From positions 6,458 through 55,570 of the forward strand of contig PLLV01000090.1 in NCBI GenBank assembly GCA_003142295.1: DNA of 49,113 bases, given 5' to 3'. Below, in pieces: positions 18,463 through 27,965 of the stretch. The notes below the pieces were generated by a model. The model did no database searches. It had not been told where the DNA came from and saw only the letters and a program-made list of their open reading frames with translations. The position numbers were made by a program, and so were the translations under genes. The stretch is from Syntrophaceae bacterium (GTDB taxonomy: Bacteria > Desulfobacterota > Syntrophia > Syntrophales > UBA2185). Position 1 is the first letter of the stretch. Each line of letters starts with the position of its first letter.

Positions 18463-20310
18463 TTACGTCTTCTGCGGGAGCGTAAAATAAAAGGTCGCTC
18501 CTTCGTTCACTTTGCCTTCCGCCCAGACGCGGCCTCCGTGCCGCTGCACGATGCGCTCGACCGTTGCCAGACCCACGCCCGTGCCCTCGAACTCGTCGGG
18601 CTTGTGAAGGCGCTGGAAAATGCCGAACAGCTTATCGTAGTACTCCATCTCAAAACCTACGCCGTTGTCCCTGACGTAATACACATTCTCGTTTCCCTCA
18701 GCATAGCCGCCCGTTTCAATAAGCGCCGGATCACGGTACTTCGTGAATTTGACGGCGTTGGAAAGCAGGTTGGCATAGACCTGTTTAATGAGTGTCCTGT
18801 CACCGTATGAGACAGGCACATCCTGGACAGTCAGTTTCATGTTCCTTTCCGGGTTGATGGTTTCAAGCTCTTTCCACACCTCCCTGATGACGGCGTCCAT
18901 CTCCAGCTGCGACGTAGATAAATGTTTTTTGACCACGCGCGATAATGTCAATATATCGTCGATGAGCTGGCCCATCATCTGTGCATTTGATCTTATGACG
19001 TTGAACTTGCGCATCGTCTCTTCGTCAAACTTGTCCCCCTCTTTTTTCAGGATCATGCGTGCATAGCCGTCGATGGCGCGAAGCGGCGCCCGCAGGTCGT
19101 GGGAGACGGAGTAGCTGAAGCTCTCCAGTTCCTTGTTTGCCGCTTCGAGTTCAGTGGTGCGCTCTTTAAGGGCATCCTCCGCCCGCTTGCGCTCGGTGAA
19201 ATCCGTGAAAATGACGGCGAACTGGCGGGGCGCGGGACAGTAGGCGAACACCTCGTAATGCCGGTTGAGGGCCGATGAATAGTTCTCGAAGTGCACCGGC
19301 TCGCCCGTGAGGGCGACCTTGCCGTAGATATCTACCCAGTAAGGGTCATTATTGGGCAGAATATCGCACACGGTTCTGCCGACAACCTCCTCCCGCTTCA
19401 GTCCGGTCAACTCTTCAAAGGCCGGATTGATATCCAGAAAACGATAGTCACAGGGAACGCCTTTATCATTGCAGATGATCTCGTGCAGTGCGAAGCCCTC
19501 CGTCATGCTGTTAAATAATGAACGGTAACGTTCCTCGCTCTTGCGCAGCACCTCCTCGGCCCTTTCGCGGGCGAGAATCTGCTTTTCCCAACCCGTTTTA
19601 GCTATCACTATCCCTGCGATGCCGATTATCCAGAAGAAAAGGTGGCCCAGCCACATTCTCGTGATAAGCGGTCTTTCAATGGCCCGGAGAGGCTCCAATT
19701 GTACAGAAACGCTTATTCCTCCCCTGATGTCTCCCTCCTTGTATCCCTGCGAAGCATGGCATTTAAGACAGGCTTTTTCCGCGATAAAGGGACGCATGAG
19801 GCGTATGTATTCTTCATCTCCTATTTTCGCAACGGAGCTGACTTCTTTAATGCCCTTCTCAAAGGACTTTAGAGCGGCGGCCTCCCACTGATCAGGAATA
19901 TTCTCCGGACGAATGGGATTGAGGCTGGTGATATGCCCCCGGCTGCCATGGATATCCACCGCCATTTCGTTTACCTGCCGGGCCATATATGCAGGATTGA
20001 CAAGAGTGAGAGACCGTCCGGAAGAGGTAGTAACATCGCGGTTTGGGACCTTGAGGTATGGATTGGGAGGTGTGTGCTCCGATGCGGGTACGTAAACGCC
20101 TCCCTGCTTCGCCGCCCATTTACGGTACATGACATCATTTTCAAAAGTAATCTGCGCGGTGTTCCGGGCAATTTTGATAATTTTCTCTCTCTGCTCAAAC
20201 AGATTCCACAGTAGGGAAACGACAACGCATCCCGTCCATAATAATATGAGGAGCCAGGAATAGCGCTTTAAACGGTCAGAGAGCTTTCCTGTTCTTTCTC
20301 CATTCATCAT
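18463..20310 (-). CDS. Membrane sensor histidine kinase with periplasmic c-heme motif (DUF3365-like) and PAS domain
   Basis: Two TM helices flanking a domain with CLKCH; PAS domain; SVSHDLRAPL, NLLSNAVKFT, DNGVGF, GTGVGL. Confidence 0.93.
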   Translation of the reverse strand: MMNGERTGKLSDRLKRYSWLLILLWTGCVVVSLLWNLFEQREKIIKIARNTAQITFENDVMYRKWAAKQGGVYVPASEHTPPNPYLKVPNRDVTTSSGRSLTLVNPAYMARQVNEMAVDIHGSRGHITSLNPIRPENIPDQWEAAALKSFEKGIKEVSSVAKIGDEEYIRLMRPFIAEKACLKCHASQGYKEGDIRGGISVSVQLEPLRAIERPLITRMWLGHLFFWIIGIAGIVIAKTGWEKQILARERAEEVLRKSEERYRSLFNSMTEGFALHEIICNDKGVPCDYRFLDINPAFEELTGLKREEVVGRTVCDILPNNDPYWVDIYGKVALTGEPVHFENYSSALNRHYEVFAYCPAPRQFAVIFTDFTERKRAEDALKERTTELEAANKELESFSYSVSHDLRAPLRAIDGYARMILKKEGDKFDEETMRKFNVIRSNAQMMGQLIDDILTLSRVVKKHLSTSQLEMDAVIREVWKELETINPERNMKLTVQDVPVSYGDRTLIKQVYANLLSNAVKFTKYRDPALIETGGYAEGNENVYYVRDNGVGFEMEYYDKLFGIFQRLHKPDEFEGTGVGLATVERIVQRHGGRVWAEGKVNEGATFYFTLPQKT

Positions 20311-20444
20311 TTAGCGACTCCGAATCTGAATTAACTTCTGCAATACCTCTATCTGCCTGTCCTGATATTTATGCATATGGCACCCGGCACTGCCAGGGAT
20401 AGTTCGTCCGTGAACAGGAATCTTGGACGGCCCTTTTTACGCAA

Positions 20445-20591
20445 TTATTCATCTTTGATAGTCCTGCCGCCCGCGGCCTTAATCTCCGAGAGTCCCAGGG
20501 TGCCGTCACTTCCCTTGCCGGACAGGAGGATGCCAACGCTGCGATGACGCTGTTCAACGGCCAGGGAGCAGAAGAAATGATCGATGGGCAT
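20445..20591 (-). pseudogene. CheB methylesterase fragment (48 aa; not in ORF track)
   Basis: MPIDHFFCSLAVEQRHRSVGILLSGKGSDGTLGLSEIKAAGGRTIKDE matches the C-terminal half of the CheB domain (PID.FF.SLA; G.GSDG..G...IK..GG). Confidence 0.75.
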
Positions 20592-20642
20592 CCGGTTCCT
20601 TATTGTTTCCCGCTATTGAGACTGTGCAACAATTCTCTTTTT

Positions 20643-20751
20643 TGTCATTTTGAGCCCTTCGGTTTACTCAGAGCAAACTCAGCGAGAAATCTTTAAGGTT
20701 GATATCGCACCCTGGCGAGTATATGAAAAGCTCTCTTATGTGTCAATGACA
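20643..20751. repeat. Degenerate GTCATT...AATGAC palindromic element
   Basis: tgtcattttgagc...agcgagaaatct left half; aatgaca right end. Confidence 0.4.
20718..20746 (-). promoter_or_regulatory. Sigma-70 promoter for the CheB fragment / histidine kinase unit
   Basis: Minus strand TTGACA-N17-TATACT. Confidence 0.55.
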
Positions 20752-20941
20752 GTTTGGCGATGCAAATCAGGGCAGGGAAACGGGCAGTTGCGTGGAGATG
20801 CGCCTATAGTCTTGCTGATGAATGTTTCATCACGGGGAGAGAGGTTGTTTCCGCATAATCGCAGTTTCATCGCGATATCTTTCAGACCAGGGGGAAAATC
20901 GGCCTTGTCAGCGACTGCAATATCTGGTACTTGCAGCCAAT

Positions 20942-22294
20942 ATGAAGGAAATACTGAGCGTCACAGAGTTAAATGAAAATATCAAGATTCTCCTGGAGGC
21001 GAGCTTCGATACACTCTGGGTGGAAGGGGAGGTATCCAATTTGCGACGGCCTGCATCGGGCCATATATACTTTACCCTCAAGGATGAAAAGAGTCAGATC
21101 AGGGCCGTCATCTTCCGGGCTTTGCCCATGCAACGGCAGTCTCCATGGCCCAGATCGGCAAAGTTCGATCTTGAAGAAGGGATGAGCGTCGTCTGTTGCG
21201 GAAGGGTGAGTGTCTATCATCCGCGAGGCGAATACCAATTGATCGTGGATGTGGTGGAACCAAAGGGCATTGGCGCCCTCCAGAAGGCCTTTGAACAGCT
21301 CAAAGCCCGCCTGCTGGCAGAGGGCCTTTTTGATCCTGCTCACAAAAAACCCATCCCTTTTCTCCCCCGGAGGATCGGGGTAATCACCTCTCCTACAGGG
21401 GCGGTTATCAGGGATATTTTGAATATCACGAGGCGGCGGTTTCCTTCCGTGGATATTCTTGTTGCTCCCGTAAGGGTGCAAGGCATGGAGGCGCCCCCGG
21501 AAATCATAAAGGCCATCACCGATATGCAAGCGGTGGGGAATATTGATGTCATTATCATAGCCAGGGGAGGGGGATCGCTCGAGGACCTGGCGCCTTTCAA
21601 CGATGAAGGGGTGGCGAGAGAGATTTATCGTTCCCGGATTCCAATAATCTCCGCTGTCGGGCATGAGATTGATTTTACTATCGCTGACTTTGTGGCGGAC
21701 CTCAGGGCCCCGACTCCTTCGGCGGCGGCGGAACTTGTTGTTCCCGTGAGAAGGGAACTTATGAGTTCAATAGAGGCCCTGCTTTCGAGACTGATCAATC
21801 ACGAGCGTCGCCTGATAGTCAGGATGGGTGAACAGGTGCGCCTGCTGCGAGAGCGGCTGAAGGATCCCAAGAGAAGGATTGATGATCTTCGCATGCTCGT
21901 CGATGACCGTCTGGAGAGGCTTAAAAAGGGCCTTGACCACAAGCGGGCCGGGGAGAGACCTAAACTGCTTAATCTTGAACTTCGCCTGGACCATGCAAAT
22001 CCCCTTTTGAAGATCCGGGATCATCGGTTTATCCTTGAAAATTTTAGAAAGAATGTGATAGCCGGGTGGCATGATGTGGCGGAGCGCCTCAAGGCGCAGG
22101 TGGGAACAAACCTCGCTGTGCTGGACACGTTAAGCCCTCTCGCTGTCCTGGGAAGGGGCTACAGTATTGTGAAGAAGCTTCCTGAAGGTCTTATCGTGAA
22201 GGAAGCGGCATCGGTTGCTGTGGGCGGCAGTGTGGACGTCAAGGTTTCGTCGGGTAGCTTTCAGGCGAAAGTAACGGATGTCAATCAGGAGTAA
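20942..22294 (+). CDS. xseA: Exodeoxyribonuclease VII large subunit
   Basis: LSVTELN, WVEGEVSN, SGHIYFTLKD, ITSPTGAVIRD, RGGGSLEDL, SAVGHEIDFT, RAPTPS. Confidence 0.97.
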   Translation: MKEILSVTELNENIKILLEASFDTLWVEGEVSNLRRPASGHIYFTLKDEKSQIRAVIFRALPMQRQSPWPRSAKFDLEEGMSVVCCGRVSVYHPRGEYQLIVDVVEPKGIGALQKAFEQLKARLLAEGLFDPAHKKPIPFLPRRIGVITSPTGAVIRDILNITRRRFPSVDILVAPVRVQGMEAPPEIIKAITDMQAVGNIDVIIIARGGGSLEDLAPFNDEGVAREIYRSRIPIISAVGHEIDFTIADFVADLRAPTPSAAAELVVPVRRELMSSIEALLSRLINHERRLIVRMGEQVRLLRERLKDPKRRIDDLRMLVDDRLERLKKGLDHKRAGERPKLLNLELRLDHANPLLKIRDHRFILENFRKNVIAGWHDVAERLKAQVGTNLAVLDTLSPLAVLGRGYSIVKKLPEGLIVKEAASVAVGGSVDVKVSSGSFQAKVTDVNQE

Positions 22295-22298
22295 GAAC

Positions 22299-22538
22299 AT
22301 GGCAAAGGAAAAATTCGAAGAAGCGCTGGGGCGATTGGAAGACATAGTAAAGAAAATGGAGGCAGGGGACATGACCCTCGAAGAATCCCTCAAGGCTTTT
22401 GAGGAGGGGATTAAGCTTGCCCGTCTATGTTCACGGAAGCTGGACGAGGCGGAGCGACGGGTGGAAATCTTGCTTAAGCAGGAAGAGGAGCTGGTCATCA
22501 GGCCGTTTAAGGTGGAAGAGAATGAGTCCGAATCTTAA
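22299..22538 (+). CDS. xseB: Exodeoxyribonuclease VII small subunit
   Basis: FEEALGRLEDIV.KME.G..TLEESL..FEEG. Confidence 0.96.
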   Translation: MAKEKFEEALGRLEDIVKKMEAGDMTLEESLKAFEEGIKLARLCSRKLDEAERRVEILLKQEEELVIRPFKVEENESES

Positions 22539-23430
22539 TGTGCCACTCGGCACATATTTGGATGCCAGGAAGAAGATAATCGATGAGGCCCTTGAGAGAT
22601 ACATACCCGGAGAGGACAACTATCCACCTGTAATTTTCAAAGCCCTCCATTACAGCCTGTTTGCAGGCGGGAAAAGAATCAGGCCCATCTTATGCCTGGC
22701 CTCGGCGGAGGCATTGGGCGGCAATATCGAATCGATTCTTCCTGTGGCCTGCGCTTTAGAGCTTATCCATACATATTCTCTTATCCATGACGACCTTCCC
22801 GCCATGGACGACGATGACTACAGGAGGGGAAGACTTACAAGCCACAAGGTTTTCGGTGAAAATATGGCCATTCTCGCCGGCGACGCCCTCTTGACGGAGG
22901 CGTTTCATCTGATGTCGGACAGAGGCCTGACGGATAAGATCGCGCCGGAAAAATTGATTTCCGTGATCCACGACATTGCCGGGGCGGCAGGATACTTCGG
23001 CATGGTAGGAGGTCAGGTAGTTGATGTCCAGTCGGAGGGAGAAGCGGTTGACACCGAAGTCCTGAACTTTATCCACACACGTAAAACGGGAGCAATGATT
23101 ACTGCCGCTGTGAAGGCAGGGGCCGTATTATCAAATGCCGGTGAAGTTGAGCTCAATGCCCTTACATCATACGGGCGACATGTAGGCCTTGCATTTCAGA
23201 TAGCCGACGATATCCTTAACGTCGAGGGGGACCAAAAATTAATGGGAAAAGGTACGGGGAGCGACACCAAACGGGGCAAGGTAACTTACCCTGCCCTCGT
23301 GGGTATGGACGCGTCCCGGAAAAAGGCGGGAGAGCTTGTAGAAGGTGCACTCTCGGCGATAAAGAACTTTGATCACAGGGCAGAACCACTAAGGATGATT
23401 GCCGCATATATCATAGAGAGAAAAGCGTAA
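22522..23430 (+). CDS. ispA: Farnesyl/geranylgeranyl diphosphate synthase
   Basis: GGKRIRP, YSLIHDDLPAMDDDDYRRG, GMVGGQ, KTG, FQIADDIL; overlaps the xseB end. Confidence 0.95.
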   Translation: MSPNLNVPLGTYLDARKKIIDEALERYIPGEDNYPPVIFKALHYSLFAGGKRIRPILCLASAEALGGNIESILPVACALELIHTYSLIHDDLPAMDDDDYRRGRLTSHKVFGENMAILAGDALLTEAFHLMSDRGLTDKIAPEKLISVIHDIAGAAGYFGMVGGQVVDVQSEGEAVDTEVLNFIHTRKTGAMITAAVKAGAVLSNAGEVELNALTSYGRHVGLAFQIADDILNVEGDQKLMGKGTGSDTKRGKVTYPALVGMDASRKKAGELVEGALSAIKNFDHRAEPLRMIAAYIIERKA

Positions 23431-23440
23431 GGGAAAAATA

Positions 23441-25339
23441 ATGAGTGGAGAAGACAAGAGCAGTATCCTTTCTGCAGTCAATTTTCCTGAAGATATCAGG
23501 AGGCTCGATCTTGCCCAGTTGAACAGACTTGCCGGAGAGATAAGGGGAAAGATTATCGACGTCGTCTCCAGAAATGGCGGCCATCTTGCTTCATCTCTGG
23601 GGACGGTTGAATTGACGCTTGCTATTCACTACGTATTTAATACACCCAGGGATAAAGTCGTCTGGGACGTGGGACATCAGGCCTATGCCCATAAGATCAT
23701 CACAGGTCGCAAGAACCTGTTTCACACCTTAAGGACGAAGGGCGGAATAAGCGGTTTCCCCAGGAGAGAGGAGAGTCTGTATGATGTCTTCAACACGGGG
23801 CACAGTAGCACTTCCATATCTGCCGCGATAGGTATGGCCGAAGCAAGGTGCCTTAACGGGGGAGACTTCAAAATCCTTGCCGTCATCGGCGATGGTTCCA
23901 TATCGGCGGGGATGGCCTTTGAAGCCCTGAATTGGGCGGGAGACCGCAACAAGAATCTCATCATCATATTAAATGACAATGAGCTGTGCATCTCACCCAA
24001 TGTGGGGGCCATGTCCTCCTATCTTAATCGCATCATGACGGGTCACACCGTCACAAGATTCAAGACGGAGCTTAAGAACTTTCTGAAGTCTATTCCCTCC
24101 ATCGGGGAACAGATGGTGAAGTTTTCTAAACAGGTGGAGGAATCCCTGAAAGGTCTCGTCCTTCCCGGCGTCTTGTTTGAGGAGCTGGGGTTCACCTATG
24201 TAGGGCCCCTGGAAGGGCATCGCCTCGATAATCTCATCAAGAACCTGAAGAACGTGAGAGAATTGGAGGGCCCCGTGCTCGTCCACGTCATTACAAAAAA
24301 AGGACAGGGCTATAAATTCGCCGAAGATGATCCGGCAAAGTTCCACGGCATTGCCCCATTCAAGATCGATACAGGCGAGCCTGTTGATGACGGCGCTCCG
24401 CCTTTGTCTTACACAAAAATGTTTGGCAGGACCGTTATAAAACTCGCCCGCGACAATTCCCGCATTGTTGCCGTGACAGCCGCCATGAGCGAAGGCACGG
24501 GCCTCGATGAGTTTGCCAGGGAATATCCGGGGCGTTTCTATGACGTAGGCATGGCTGAACAGCACGGCGTGACCTTTGCCGCCGGACTCGCGACGGAGGG
24601 CCTGATCCCGATTGTGGCGATATATTCGACATTCCTGCAAAGGGCCTATGACCAGATTCTCCATGACGTCTGTCTCCAGAAACTTCCGGTGGTACTCGCC
24701 CTCGACCGGGGCGGCTTCGTGGGAGCGGATGGACCCACTCACCACGGACTCTTTGACTTTTCCTATCTCCGTTCCATTCCGAATATAATCGTGATGGCGC
24801 CCAAGGACGAAAATGAACTCCAGCATATGCTTAAGACAGCGGTTGAGTGCGGGGGACCTGTTTCAATAAGATATCCCCGCGGCAGGGGAGTTGGTGTGCC
24901 CATCGATGATATTCCCGTGTCTCTTGCAGTTGGGAAAGGCGAAATTGTCTATGGCGCCGAAAACGCGAACCTTGCCATTGTAGCAATTGGTTCTACTGTT
25001 TATCCTGCCGTTGCTGCCGCAGCGAAACTGAAGGCTGAAGGAATCAATGCTAGGGTCATCAATGCCCGTTTCGTCAAGCCCCTTGATGAAGGGCTCCTTT
25101 GTGATACCGCTAATTCCATAAAGAGGATAATCACTGTCGAAGAAAATGTCCTCATGGGCGGGTTCGGAAGCGCCGTTCTGGAATTGTTTGAAGAAAAGGG
25201 TATTCATGATGTCATCGTGAAGAGGCTCGGCATCAAGGATAAATTTGTCGAACATGCCTCGCAGAAGGAATTGAGAGGGATGTACGGCATTGACGAGGAG
25301 GGCATCATTGCAGCGGTGCAGTCTGTGATGGAGCCGTAA
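23441..25339 (+). CDS. dxs: 1-deoxy-D-xylulose-5-phosphate synthase
   Basis: GGHLASSLG, WDVGHQAY, GHSSTS, GDGS...NDN, AEQH, YSTFLQRAYDQ, DGPTHHG. Confidence 0.98.
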   Translation: MSGEDKSSILSAVNFPEDIRRLDLAQLNRLAGEIRGKIIDVVSRNGGHLASSLGTVELTLAIHYVFNTPRDKVVWDVGHQAYAHKIITGRKNLFHTLRTKGGISGFPRREESLYDVFNTGHSSTSISAAIGMAEARCLNGGDFKILAVIGDGSISAGMAFEALNWAGDRNKNLIIILNDNELCISPNVGAMSSYLNRIMTGHTVTRFKTELKNFLKSIPSIGEQMVKFSKQVEESLKGLVLPGVLFEELGFTYVGPLEGHRLDNLIKNLKNVRELEGPVLVHVITKKGQGYKFAEDDPAKFHGIAPFKIDTGEPVDDGAPPLSYTKMFGRTVIKLARDNSRIVAVTAAMSEGTGLDEFAREYPGRFYDVGMAEQHGVTFAAGLATEGLIPIVAIYSTFLQRAYDQILHDVCLQKLPVVLALDRGGFVGADGPTHHGLFDFSYLRSIPNIIVMAPKDENELQHMLKTAVECGGPVSIRYPRGRGVGVPIDDIPVSLAVGKGEIVYGAENANLAIVAIGSTVYPAVAAAAKLKAEGINARVINARFVKPLDEGLLCDTANSIKRIITVEENVLMGGFGSAVLELFEEKGIHDVIVKRLGIKDKFVEHASQKELRGMYGIDEEGIIAAVQSVMEP

Positions 25340-25351
25340 ACTTTTCACCGC

Positions 25352-26098
25352 ATGAGCAAGAAAATCAAAAAAGTCAGATTGGACCTGCTGCTGGTGGATA
25401 GAGGTACATGTCAGACCCGCGAGAGAGCCAGGGCGCTGATTATGTCAGGCGCCGTGCTTGTGGGAGAAACCAAGATGGACAAGGCGGGTACCCTCGTTTC
25501 CCCGGATGCAGAAATCAGGATAGAAGGAGAAGATAATCCATACGTCAGCAGGGGAGGATTGAAATTAAAAGGCGCTCTTACGGCGTTCGATATCAATGTG
25601 AGAGACCTCGTTGCCCTTGATGTAGGTGCTTCCACCGGCGGATTTACCGACTGCCTTCTTCAGGAAGGGGCGCGAAAGGTCTATGCCATTGATGTTGGTT
25701 ATGGTCAGTTGGCGTGGAAGCTGAGGAAGGATGAACGGGTAGTCAACCTCGAAAGGACAAACATAAGATATTTCGAAGGTTCGGAAATAAAGGACGGCAT
25801 TGATTTGGCCACGATAGATGCGTCCTTTATTTCGCTCAGACTTGTCATCCCTGCCGTGCTCAGGCTGGCGAAGAAGAATGACGCCATCATGCTTGCCCTT
25901 ATTAAACCTCAGTTTGAGGCAGGGCGCGATGAGGTTGAAAAGCACGGCGTCATCCGAAATCCCGAAGTTCATGACAAAGTAATAGAGGGAATAAAGGAGT
26001 TCTCCGCAGAATTAGGGCTGTCAGTTATGGGCGTCTGCGAATCCCCACTCATAGGGCCCAAAGGCAACAGGGAGTTTTTTATTTATCTGAAAACTTGA
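25352..26098 (+). CDS. tlyA: TlyA family rRNA 2'-O-methyltransferase
   Basis: S4 domain RLDLLL, YVSRGGLKL, DVGASTGGFTD, DVGYGQL, DASFISL, KPQFE, GNREF. Confidence 0.95.
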   Translation: MSKKIKKVRLDLLLVDRGTCQTRERARALIMSGAVLVGETKMDKAGTLVSPDAEIRIEGEDNPYVSRGGLKLKGALTAFDINVRDLVALDVGASTGGFTDCLLQEGARKVYAIDVGYGQLAWKLRKDERVVNLERTNIRYFEGSEIKDGIDLATIDASFISLRLVIPAVLRLAKKNDAIMLALIKPQFEAGRDEVEKHGVIRNPEVHDKVIEGIKEFSAELGLSVMGVCESPLIGPKGNREFFIYLKT

Positions 26099-26196
26099 GA
26101 GAGTTATTAATGAGAGACATCTGAAAATTGTCTTCAGAAGTGCTCAAAATCTTTTTTCGACCGTGGTGTTAGTGAAGTAAAGGTCTTGCAAAACAA

Positions 26197-27942
26197 ATGG
26201 GTGTTAAACTGGCCAAGACAGCGGGATTTTGTATGGGCGTGAGAAGGGCCGTCGATCTCGTTCTTGATATTGCCCAGCGCAAAGGAAAAGAAGATATCTA
26301 TACGTATGGCCCCCTGATTCACAATCCCCAGACTGTTGAACTCCTGAGGACAAGGGGAATTATTCCGGTAAGTGATATCGACGATATTGATGCATCTGAA
26401 AAAAGCTCCACGATCATAATCAGGGCCCACGGCATATCCCCGGAGGAGAGAAATAAGATCGGGGAGAAAGGAATCAAAATCGTTGATGCCACCTGTCCTA
26501 AAGTAGCTCATGTTCAGGCTATTATCAAGAAGCACGCATCATCGAACTATGCGGTTCTAATCATCGGCGACAGGGAACACCCGGAGGTTAATGGTCTTCT
26601 GGGGTATGCCTATGGCAAAGGCTTCGTTATCGGCAGCGCGGAAGAGGTTGATAATCTCCCGCTCCTGGATAAGGTGTGTGTAGTTGCTCAGACCACGAAG
26701 AGTACGGACGAGTTTATTGACATTGTGGAGAAGATCAAGACAAGGTTTCCTGACTCTGTGATTTTCGATACTATTTGTGATTCCACGGAAAAGAGGCAGT
26801 CGGAGGTTAAGGCTCTGGCCGCAGAAATGGATGCCGTATTTATCGTCGGCGGCAGGAACAGTGCAAATACAAAAAGGCTGGTCAGGATTTCACAGCTTGA
26901 GTGTAAGCCGACGTTTCACATCGAGACTGCAGATGAATTAAACGACATTCCCTCAAGCCAGTATGAGAAGATCGGTATTTCCGCAGGCGCATCGACGCCC
27001 AACTGGATCATTAACAGGGTCTTTGACGCTGTTACAAGCCATCAGGATGAGAAACAGAAGCAGGTAAAGAGGCTATTCAACTTCTGGGTATTCGCAGTCA
27101 AGACGGAGATCTATTCTGCTATTGGAGCAGGATGTCTGTCTTTCTCAAGCATGCTCTTGCAGAGACTCCCTGTGAATATATTGAATATTCTGACAACGTC
27201 CCTTTATGTATATGCCATGCATACACTCAACCGGCTCATCAACAGAAAAACGAGCACCATCATCGGATCATTCAGGGAAGAATCTTATCTCAAACATGAA
27301 AAGGCTTATGTGTCGGCGGCAATAGTGTCTCTGGTTCTGGCCCTGACAATTTCCTTCATTGCAGGCTTGAATGCCTTCATATTGCTTTTCTTGATTTCCA
27401 TTTTTGGCGTGCTTTATAATACGAAAATACTGCCGGGGAACCTGCGTTTCAAGAGTCTTAAAGACCTGCCGGGTTCCAAGAACATTTTCATGGCTATGGC
27501 CTGGGCAGCTGTTGTGGCAGTGCTGCCGCAGTTAGAAATTAGTCTCTCCGTTACCGCCGGTATGCTTGTGGCTTTTCTCTTTACCTTCGGCATTGTCTTC
27601 GTCCGCTCTGCCATATCTGATATCCTGGATATCCAGAGCGATAGGCTCATCGGTCGGGAGACGATACCTGTTCTGATAGGCAAGAAAACCACCCAGATTC
27701 TGTTGCAGGGAATACTCGTTTTGCTGGTCATTTTGCTCAGCGTATCCAATACCTTAGGGTGGACTCCCTCACTGAGTTTTACCCTCTTAGTGTGCATATT
27801 TTTTATGTGGATTTATTTCAGGCTTTATGTTAGAAGGGCGTCATTTTCCGGCGTTGTTCAGGAGGGTATTCTCGAGACCAGCTATATCATAGCTGGCATA
27901 AGTTCCCTGGTCTGGCTTTGTCTGGCAAGGTATTTGGGCTGA
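26197..27942 (+). CDS. ispH: HMBPP reductase IspH fused to a C-terminal UbiA-like multi-pass prenyltransferase domain
   Basis: N-terminal ~280 aa: GFCMGV, IHN, RAHG, DATCP, HPEV, QTT, TICDST, SAN, SAGASTP. C-terminal ~290 aa: about 8 hydrophobic helices, LKDLPGSKN, DILDIQSDRLIGRETIPVLIG. Confidence 0.93.
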   Translation: MGVKLAKTAGFCMGVRRAVDLVLDIAQRKGKEDIYTYGPLIHNPQTVELLRTRGIIPVSDIDDIDASEKSSTIIIRAHGISPEERNKIGEKGIKIVDATCPKVAHVQAIIKKHASSNYAVLIIGDREHPEVNGLLGYAYGKGFVIGSAEEVDNLPLLDKVCVVAQTTKSTDEFIDIVEKIKTRFPDSVIFDTICDSTEKRQSEVKALAAEMDAVFIVGGRNSANTKRLVRISQLECKPTFHIETADELNDIPSSQYEKIGISAGASTPNWIINRVFDAVTSHQDEKQKQVKRLFNFWVFAVKTEIYSAIGAGCLSFSSMLLQRLPVNILNILTTSLYVYAMHTLNRLINRKTSTIIGSFREESYLKHEKAYVSAAIVSLVLALTISFIAGLNAFILLFLISIFGVLYNTKILPGNLRFKSLKDLPGSKNIFMAMAWAAVVAVLPQLEISLSVTAGMLVAFLFTFGIVFVRSAISDILDIQSDRLIGRETIPVLIGKKTTQILLQGILVLLVILLSVSNTLGWTPSLSFTLLVCIFFMWIYFRLYVRRASFSGVVQEGILETSYIIAGISSLVWLCLARYLG

Positions 27943-27965
27943 ATAATAACGCGGGGGCGGCAATT

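Noticed and set aside
16931-20700. Possible genomic island integrated at tRNA-Ala
   Set aside because: No integrase and no duplicated tRNA 3' end (att site) were seen.
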